The notes under the pieces were generated by a model, which had not been told where the DNA came from, searched no databases, and saw only the letters and a program-made list of their open reading frames with translations. This document shows, in pieces, positions 54,966 to 64,000 of a stretch of 64,000 bases of DNA. The first letter of the stretch is position 1. Each line of letters opens with the position of its first letter. The stretch spans positions 20,708,001 through 20,772,000 of the forward strand of contig OX597834.1 in NCBI GenBank assembly GCA_951406725.2, written 5' to 3'. A program made the translations under genes and the position numbers. This DNA is from Octopus vulgaris. Taxonomy: Eukaryota.

Positions 54966-55170
54966 TATATATGATGATGATGATGATGATGATATATATT
55001 ATATGTAGATAGATAGATAGATCAATAGATTGCATATACATGTATCATGCATGTGTGTATGTCTGTCTGTGTGTCTGTATGTGTGCATGTGCATGTGCCT
55101 TATCTTGACAGCACAGGATGCTTGCCACCAAGCATCGCAGAAACATGTCCAGTCACGATGAAATACAAGT

Positions 55171-55510
55171 GAAGGTACATGGCTCGGTGATTTGAGCGTT
55201 GGGCTCACCATCATGAGGTAGTGAGTTCAATTCCTGGACCGAGCTCTGTCTTGTGTCCTTGAGCAAGACTCTTCATTTCATGTTGCTCCAGTTCACTCAG
55301 CTGTAGAAATGAGTTGTGACATTCTCTGGTGCCAAGCTGTATCAGCCTTTGCCTTTCCCTTGCATAACATCAGTGGCATTAAAAGGAGAGGCTGGCATGC
55401 ATGGGCGACTGCTGGTCTTCCATAAACAACCTTGCCCGAACTTATACCTCAGTGGGGAACTTTCTAGGTGCATCCCACGGTCATTCATGACCATAAGGGG
55501 CCTTCACCAC
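55171..55510 (+). mobile_element. tRNA/CORE-like SINE (further family)
   Basis: B box gagttcaattcc, tccttgagcaagac; second copy at 62570-62866. Confidence 0.85.
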
Positions 55511-56248
55511 TTTTTTTAACCAGTGTCACAAATTTATGTCCAGGTTGTTTCACAAATTTATAATTATTGTCATACATACACATCATTGGTGTGTCAAATA
55601 TATCTTTGTTTTGTCACATATACATCCTTATTGTGACACAACTATAAATCATTACTGTGTCACAATATACATCATTACTGTAACACAGACGTGTTACATC
55701 ATTGACATGTTACATCCACCTTTTCTACTCCTCTGTCCTATTCCGTCTCATATTTATCTTGTACTTAACTTCACTCCTCTCTCTCTCTCCCTTTCTCTCT
55801 CTCCTTTTATCTCTCTCTCCCTTTCTGTCTCTCTCCTTTTATCTCTCTCTCCCTTTATCTGTCTGTCTGTCAGTCTCTCACTCTCTCTCTATATATTTTA
55901 ATTGTTTGTTTATTCATACATTTCATCTCATTCAATACCCTGACCCCAACGTTTGTTTTGTCTGTCCCCGTATTGTCCCCTCTTCTTCTCAACCTTATGG
56001 TGAATAAAGAAATACTCTGTCTCCAAGCCCATGTATCCACTTCTGCAACAAGATACATGCTCCTGTCCTTCTACCTTAGTTTCTTTATCACTCCATTCTA
56101 TAACCTACCCAGTTGAGGAGTCTTATCTCACAGGTGCTTGGTGACTTTGCTAATGATGGTGCTATGTTAAAAGCACCATGTACATTCTCTGAAGTGGTTG
56201 GCATCAGGAAGGACATCCAGCTGTAGAAACCAAGCCAAAACAGATATT

Positions 56249-56459
56249 CTTTTCTACTCTCGGCACAAGGCCCGAAATTTTGCATTAGGGGGCCAGTCGA
56301 TTAGATCAACTGCAGTACACAACTGGTGCTTTATTTATCGACCCCGTAAAGATGAAAGGCAGAGTCGACCGCAGCGGAATTTGAACTCAGGACGTAAAGA
56401 CAGACGAAACACCGCTAAGCATTTCACCCGTGTTAACATTTCTTCTAGCTCACCACCTT
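56249..56459 (-). mobile_element. Family B SINE inserted in a family C repeat with an 18-bp TSD
   Basis: caagccaaaacagatatt at 56231-56248 and 56460-56477. Confidence 0.9.
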
Positions 56460-57087
56460 CAAGCCAAAACAGATATTACACAATTAGGTACTGTACTCTG
56501 GTTCATCTGTTCATTTCAAACCGTCCAACCCATGCCAGCAGGGAAATAGGGATGTTATATGATGGTGGTAAAAATGATGATGATTGCGTTATGAGTGCCA
56601 TCAATGTGGAACAAGCATATATCATTATTATTCTACAAATAAGGGCGGCGAGCTCTCAGAATCATTAGCATGCAAGGTGAAATACTTAACAGCATTTCAT
56701 GTGTCGTTACGTTCTGAGTTCAAATTCCACTGTGGCCGACTTTGCCTTTCTCATCCTTTCAGGGTCAACAAATTAAGTACCAGTTGCATACTGGGGTCGA
56801 TCAAATCGGCTAGTCCCCTCCCACCAAATTTCAGACCTTGTGCCTATTAGAAAGGATTACCATGTTATAAATATTCAAGGAAGCAAGCTGATGGAATTCA
56901 TGTGTCGTGATATTTCTTTGGGTCCTGCATTCTGAGTTCAAATCTCACTGTCACTTTGCCTTTTTATCCTTTCAGGGTCAACAAATTAAGTACCAGTTGC
57001 GTACCAAAGTTGGGGTCGATCAAATCAGGCTAGTCCCCTCTTTTTTCAAAATTGCTGGCCTTGTGTCAAAATAAGTAAAATTTATTA

Positions 57088-58130
57088 TGTCAAAATATAC
57101 ATTGTTATCATATCACAAATACATATCGTTATCATGTCACAAATACGTATCCTTATCTTGTCACAAATATATATCGTTATCATGTCACAAATATATATTA
57201 TTATCATGTCACAAATGTATATCCTTATCTTGTCACAAATATATATCGTTATCATGTCACAAATATATATCATTATCATGTCACAAATACGTATCCTTAT
57301 CTTGTCACAAATATATATCGTTATCATGTCACAAATGTATATCATTATCATGTCACAAATACATATCCTTATCTTGTCACAAATATATATTGTTATCATG
57401 TCACAAATATATAAAATTTATTATGTCAAAATATACATTGTTATCATATCACAAATACACATCGTTATCATGTCGCAAATATATATCATTATCATGTCAC
57501 AAATACATACCCTTATCTCATCACAAATATATATCGTTATCATGTCACAAATATATATCATTATCATGTCACGAATATGTATCCTTATCTTGTCACAAAT
57601 ATATATCGTTATCATATCACAAATACATATCATTATCATGTCACAAATATATATCATTATCATGTCACAAATACGTATCCTTATCTTGTCACAAATATAT
57701 ATCGTTATCATGTCACAAATATATATCATTATCATGTCACAAATACGTATCCTTATCTTGTCACAAATATATATCGTTATCATGTCACAAATATATATCA
57801 TTATCATGTCACAAATGTATATCCTTATCTTGTCACAAATACATATCGTTATCATGTCACAAATATATATAATTATCATGTCACAAATATGTATCCTTAT
57901 CTTGTCAGAAATATATATCGTTATCATGTCACGAATATATATCGTTATCATGTCACAAATACGTATCCTTATCTTGTCACAAATATTTATCGTTATCATG
58001 TCACAAATATATATCATTATCATGTCACAAATATGTATCCTTATCTTGTCACAAATATATATCAGTATTGTATCACAAATATGTCATTATTATGTCAGAA
58101 ATATATATTATTAGTGTCACAAATATGTGT
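57088..58130. repeat. 24-bp minisatellite (~43 units) with 72-bp higher-order structure
   Basis: Unit tcacaaatatatatcgttatcatg; variants cgttatcatg/cattatcatg/ccttatcttg cycle; 336-bp duplication (57076 and 57412). Confidence 0.97.
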
Positions 58131-59813
58131 GTGTGTGTCTGTGTGTGTGTGTATCAATTTTGTGTCACAGACAAATATGTGTGTCATTATTGTGTGACAG
58201 ACAGTCTTTAATTAAGTGTGCCAGATGTACTTTAATTCTGTGTCAAACATACTTCATTACAGTGTAACTGCCACACATAGATACTCCATCACTGCTGTGT
58301 ACACCAGCCATATTTCAGCAGCGTGTATCTGTGTCTGCATCCCTATTACATCACATCCCCTACATTAAACGTCGGCGATGTCGTGCATAATATACATTAC
58401 ATCATTGAAGCTGCTCTCTTTAGTTAAAGGAGCAGGGGGACCTGAAGTTTAACAGGAAGGAAGGCAGTAATAAAAGGTAATATGTAGCAGATAGAGTACA
58501 CTGTGAGCAGAATGTGGAATTATTTCCATGTTTAGTTTACCAATTAAGTGTGAATCAATGTGAAAACGCATGAGCTATTTACTCTAAGTCTTTTCATAGT
58601 TGTGCATGCATGCATGTGCATGTGCGTGTGTGCATGCAGTGTGTGCAGTGTGCAGTATATGCATTTGTATGCTCATGTTCAGGGCTTTGTTTGAATTTGC
58701 AGAGGCTTCTCTGTATCTGTGTGTTTTGTCTGTGTATTCCTGTGTGAGAGCGTGCGCGTGCGATGTACATGTGTGTGTCTGTGGGGGACGGAGGTGTGTG
58801 CACTTTAAAGTATATGTATGTGTGTATGTTGCGTGTGTCCATGCAAGTATGCATGCATATATGCATATGTATGTGTGTATATAGATATAGATATCTACAT
58901 ATATATATATATATATATACATAGATATATAACATATATGTATGTGTGTGCATACATATATATATTATATGCATATTTAGATATGTATGCATGTATGTAT
59001 ATATATACATACATATATATATATAGTGTGTGTCTTTCTGTGTGAATATATGTATGTATATATGTATGTAGGTATGTATGTATGTAGGTAGGTAGGTAGG
59101 TATATGTATGTATATATACATATATATTATTTAATAATGGTTTGATTTGACTCCAATCAACCTAAAGTTTTGTAGACTCATCAAACTTTACATGTCAGGC
59201 TTGTAGAAATCTATGCATGTATGTATATATATATAAATATATATATAGATATATATCAGCACATACACACACACATCTCTATTGTGACTTGTTGTTGGTC
59301 AGATAAATTAACTGGTTAAGTGATTGTTAAATTTGTTTGTTATTTGATTGATTGACTGATAGATTGATCAATGAGTAACTAGATTATCAGCTGAACTGGT
59401 GGAGTAGTTGATATATTCATGGGTAGATGGACTGGTTGATTGAGATATAAATTAATTAAGTGATTGATGGACAGCTTTAATGAGTGACTGATTGATGGAG
59501 AAATATATTGAGTATTTGATTGAAAAATATAAGTTCATTGATTGATGGAGAGATATATTGAGTGATTGATGGGTATTCTGATTTATTGATTGACCAATAA
59601 ATAAGCTGATTGATTCTATATTGCAAAGATAGATACGCAATTGATCGATAATGGAATTGACTCTGTGTGTGTATATATGTATGTATATACATATGTATGT
59701 ATGTAGGTATTATGTTTATATGTATGTATGTGTGTATGTGTGTGTATGTATGTAGGTAGGTAGGTATGCTGCCTTGGTTGGCTTGTTGTTTGATAAACAG
59801 ATAGACAGACAGA

Positions 59814-59845
<32 letters not shown>

Positions 59846-59870
59846 ATGACAGACAGACAGACAGACAGAC

Positions 59871-59909
<39 letters not shown>

Positions 59910-59978
59910 TAGATAGATATACAGATCGATAGATGTATGTGTATGTATATATGTGTGTATGTGTGTATATGAAATATA

Positions 59979-60023
<45 letters not shown>

Positions 60024-60609
60024 CAGTCTCTGTGTGTATATATAATTTTATAGACAGATAGATTGGTAGATAGATAGATATACAGGTTGATAGATAGATA
60101 GATAGATAGAAATAGATATATAGGTAGGTAGATAGATAGACAGATAGATAGATAGATGGATGGATAGATAGGTGGATAGGTAGATAGATAGATAGATAGA
60201 TAGATAGAAATAGATAGATTGGTAGGTAGATAGATAGATAGATAGATAGATAGACAGATAGATATACAGGCAGTAAGGTAGCTAGACAGACAGACAGATA
60301 AGATAAATAGTTAGTTGTTTGGTAACTTTTCTATTATCTGTAAGAATGGCAAGACATTGTTAGAGTAACGCCTTTGCTCAATACAGTTAAACACCCTTTG
60401 GTGTGACAGGGTGCAGGCTTGTTTGTTGTGGGGTATGTGGCACTGGGTGTGTGTCTGCAATGTATATATATGCACTTGGACAGTGTTTGGGTGCATGTGT
60501 GTGTGTGTGTGTGTGCCAAAGGGAAATCTGCCTTGTGTTGCTTCTACTTGTTTCATCGTATATTTAGATCACTTTTAATGTGTTTATAACGAGGATACCT
60601 CTGGTAACA

Positions 60610-61270
60610 GTGGTGGTGGTGGTGGTGGTGGTGGTGGTGGTTGTAGTGGTAGTAGCTGTGTCATGGATGTGGTAGTTGTGGTGGTGGTGGTGGTGGTGGT
60701 GGTGGTGGTGGTGGTGGTAGTAGCTGTGCCATGGAAGCGGTAGTTGTGGTGGTGGTGGTGGTGGTGGTGGTGGTGGTAGTAGCTGTGCCATGGAAGTGGA
60801 AGTTGTGGTGGTGGTGGTGGTGGTGGTGGTGGTGGTGGTGGTAGTAGCTGTGTCATGGAAGTGGTAGTTGTGGTGGTGGTGGTGGTGGTGGTGGTGGTAG
60901 TAGCTGTGCCATGGAAGTGGTAGTTGTGGTGATGGTGATGGTGGTGGTGGTGGCGCTGCTGCAGCTGGTAGTGATGATGATGATGATGATGATAATGATG
61001 GCAGTGACAGCAATAGTAGTTGTGGTGATCATGATAATGGTTGTAATGCAGTGTTTGTGATAGTGGTGGTGGTGGTGGTGGTGGTGGTGGTGGTGGTGGT
61101 GGTGGTGGTGGTGGTGGTGCAGATGGTGGTGGTTGTGGTGGTAGTGGTGGTGGTGGTGGTGGTGGTGTGGTGCAGATGGTGGTGGTTGTGGTGGTGGTGG
61201 TAGTGGTGGTGATGGTAGTGGTGGTAGTGGTGATCATGGCGATGGTTGTAGTAGCGGTTTGTGATAGTGG
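60610..61270. repeat. Compound (GGT)n minisatellite
   Basis: Constant gtagtagctgtg(c/t)catgga..gtagttgt motif at 60655, 60723, 60782, 60847 and 60903 between variable GGT tracts. Confidence 0.93.
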
Positions 61271-61609
61271 TGGAGTTTGTGGTGCTAGTCTAGCTAACGT
61301 GGAAACAATTTACGTGCACCTGATCTTTACACACTCACACACACACACAACACACACACACACACACACACATGCACACACGTGTGCTCTTATGTGTGTC
61401 TGTATGTGTGCTTCTGCACACACACACACACACACACATACACACCAGTATGTGTGTGTGAGTGAGTGTATGTGTATGTGTGTGTGTCTAAGCAACAGTT
61501 AAAAATTGTCAGAGATAGATCAGGAAATCTTTCTCAATAAGTTGTGTTTATTTATCATTGATTTTGGATGTCGTTCCTAATTACTTGCAGATCTCTTCTC
61601 AACTTCTTG

Positions 61610-61662
<53 letters not shown>

Positions 61663-61898
61663 GCTGTTGTTGTTATTGTTTTAGTTGTAGCAGTAACGGT
61701 GCCTGTGTTTCTTACCATTTTTTCTTTTTTTTTTTTTTTTTTCTTTTTTCACTTCTTCTCTGATAGTTTATTGCCTCTGTTCTTCTGAAGAAGCTATTGA
61801 TTCCAGGATAAATAATTTCACAGCAGATTACCTATGGTAGCAAACATTCCCCCTCTCTCTCTCTCTCTCGCAGTCCCCATCTCCCCCTCCCCTCACTA

Positions 61899-62060
61899 GC
61901 AGGAGTGGCTGTGTGGTAGGTAGCTTGCTAACCAGCCACATGGTTCCGGGTTCAGTCCCACTGCGTGGCATCTTGGGCAAGTGTCTTCTACTATAGCCTC
62001 AGACCGACCAAAGCCTTGTGAGTGGATTTGGTAGACGGAAACTGAAAGAAGCCCGTCGTA

Positions 62061-62105
<45 letters not shown>

Positions 62106-62555
62106 TTGTGTCTGTGTTTGTCCCCCTAGCATTGCTTGATAACCGATGCTGGTGTGTTTACGTCCCCATCACTTAGCGGTTCGGCAAAACAGACTGATAG
62201 AATAAGTACCGGGGTCGAGTTGCTCAATTAAAGGCGGTGCTCCAGCATGGCCGCAGTCAAATGACTGAAACAAGTAAAAGAGTAAGAGCGTTTAAAAGTA
62301 TTGAGTGCTTCGTCAGTATATATTTGACTAGGTTTTCTTCATGTATATCTTTCATTCTTTTATTCTTTTGCTGGTTTCAGTCATTTGACTGCAGCCATGC
62401 TGGAGCACCACCTTCAATCAAACGAATCGACACCAGGACTTATTCTTTGTAAGCCCAAGACTCATTTTATTGGTCTCTTTTGCAGAACTGCTAAGTTATG
62501 GGTAAACACACCAACATCACTTGTCAAGCAAGGGTAGGGGGCACAGACACACAAA
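61899..62555. mobile_element. Family A SINE (+, 61899-62287) and inverted partial copy (-, 62355-62555)
   Basis: Direct alignment with the other family A copies. Confidence 0.9.
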
Positions 62556-62861
62556 CATAATATATGTTTGCGCTCACCATCATGAGGTAGTGAGTTCAAT
62601 TCCTGGACCGAGCTCTGTGTTGTGTTCTTGAGCAAGACACTTTATTTCAGGTTGCTCCAGTTCACTCAACTGTAGAAATGAGTTGCGACATCACTGGTGC
62701 CAAGTTGTATCGGCCCCTTTGCCTTTCCCTCGGATAACATTGGTGGTGCGGAAAGGAGAGGCTGGCATGCATGGGCTGCTGGTCTTCTATAAACAACCTT
62801 GCCCAGGCTTGTACCTCAGAGGAGAACTTTCTAGGTGAAATCCCTTGGTCATTCATGACTG

Positions 62862-63060
62862 GAGGGGACAAACAAGGACAGACATAGGTATTAAGTCGAT
62901 TACATTGACCCCAGTGCGAAACTGGTACTTTATTTATCGACCCCGAAAGGATGAAAGGCAAAGTCGACCTTGGCGGAATTTGAACTCAGAACGTAATGAC
63001 AGACGAAATACCGTTAAGCATTTCTCCCGGCGTGCTAACGTTTCTGCCAGCTCGCCGCCT
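62862..63060 (-). mobile_element. Family B SINE
   Basis: Reverse of ggcgagctggcagaaacgttagcacgccggg...; abuts the 62570 SINE at gagggg. Confidence 0.9.
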
Positions 63061-63061
63061 T

Positions 63062-63521
63062 GTATAGGTATAATTACCAACACAGGAACACGTATCGTAC
63101 ATCAAAATGACGCTTATGAGTTTATTGTTTTTCCTTTTTGCAAGAAATCGACCACAATGACACCTTGAGCACTCCAAAAGACAGTCACCGTGAGTTTTCC
63201 AGCTGACTTTTGCAACTGGAACTTTTTCAGTGGTGGTGACATAGAGTGGTGCCATTCCATGTTTTGTCACTTGTTATGAGCCTTCAAAAGAAGGTGTTCT
63301 CTCTTTGACTTTGTAGTGAAGAAGTGGCTCAAAGAACAAGACAGGGATACATGCTCTCATTCGAAGGTGGAACATTGCTATTGAGAGAAACGGTGACCGT
63401 TGAGAAGTAGGGATGTTATCCACTCAGGACCAGCTTCCTTTTCATGTATGATACATGTTTATGTGTTTGTAATTATACCTGTCCTAAACAAAATGGCATT
63501 ACTTTTTGACTCACCCTTGTA
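63062..63521. mobile_element. Rearranged mariner derivative
   Basis: Minus: MEWHHSMSPPLKKFQLQKSAGKLTVTVFWSAQGVIVVDFLQKGKTINS; plus: VKKWLKEQ..GIHALIRRWNIAIERNGD and a TIR-like end actttttgactcacccttg-TA. Confidence 0.85.
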
Positions 63522-64000
63522 AGTACACATACACACACACACATGATATTTTTTTTTTTTTTTTGCACCCATTGTATTGCTATAAAAGTTGCCAGTTTGG
63601 AAAACTTTTTATTCATCCAGTTATTTCTTTTATCTCCTTTGTTGCTCTCTTATCACAATAGTCCTTTCACGGAAATAAAAAAAAAAAAGATATATCTCTG
63701 TCTGGAGTCTTTCTCTTTAGGAGACCAATAGAAATTTTATTGACTTCTCAGCATTTTCTCAAAACTCTCTCTTCTCTACTTCTCACCCTCTTACTACTGC
63801 CCAAACTCTTACTACCATCCAATCTCTCTCTCTCTCCCACATCTCATTCTCTTTCTCTCTTCTACTCTTTTACCACCACCTCTCTTTTTTTTTCTCTCTC
63901 TTACTCTTTTACCCTCTCCTCTCATTCTCCTTATTACCTCTCACTACTCCTCACCTTCTCTGCCTCTCTTTCCATCTTCACATTACCTCTCGCTACCCCT

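Noticed and set aside
55214-55235. let-7-like tgaggtagt (also near 62583)
   Set aside because: Only 9 nt match, lies in a SINE tRNA-like head, no precursor hairpin
57088-58130. CRISPR-like array or repeat-protein gene (ORFs up to 326 aa)
   Set aside because: Contiguous tandem units with no unique spacers, no cas genes, eukaryotic context; frames are open simply because the unit lacks stops
60610-60960. Repeat-spacer pattern resembling CRISPR
   Set aside because: Spacers are all (GGT)n

Overview
Eukaryotic, AT-rich, extremely microsatellite-dense DNA that is almost certainly intronic or intergenic. The SINE families and the TA/CA/TAA/GAT/GATA load look like an octopus (cephalopod) genome; this is an inference. 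No complete protein-coding gene, tRNA/rRNA gene or CRISPR array can be supported, and nearly all ORF-track entries are translated microsatellites. The window holds dozens of copies of at least four SINE-like families (called A, B, C and V here), LINE relics (RTE, R4/Dong-type REL endonuclease, L1/Tx1-like), a full-length dead DD37D maT transposon, two DD34D mariner relics, Tc1/hAT/piggyBac-type MITEs (some nested, with perfect TSDs), two non-autonomous Helitrons, three long palindromes and a 24-bp higher-order minisatellite. The most interesting signals are: (i) Penelope-type hammerhead-ribozyme architectures, including an inverted pair at 12.4-12.7 kb and one on the tail of a tRNA-headed SINE-like element at 32 kb; (ii) a Dong-like element inserted in that element's (TAA)n tract, within a wider pattern of retroelements sharing TAA/TTA microsatellites in opposite orientations; (iii) swappable 3' tails on one SINE body; (iv) a candidate first coding exon at 50362-50433 behind a CpG-rich stretch.
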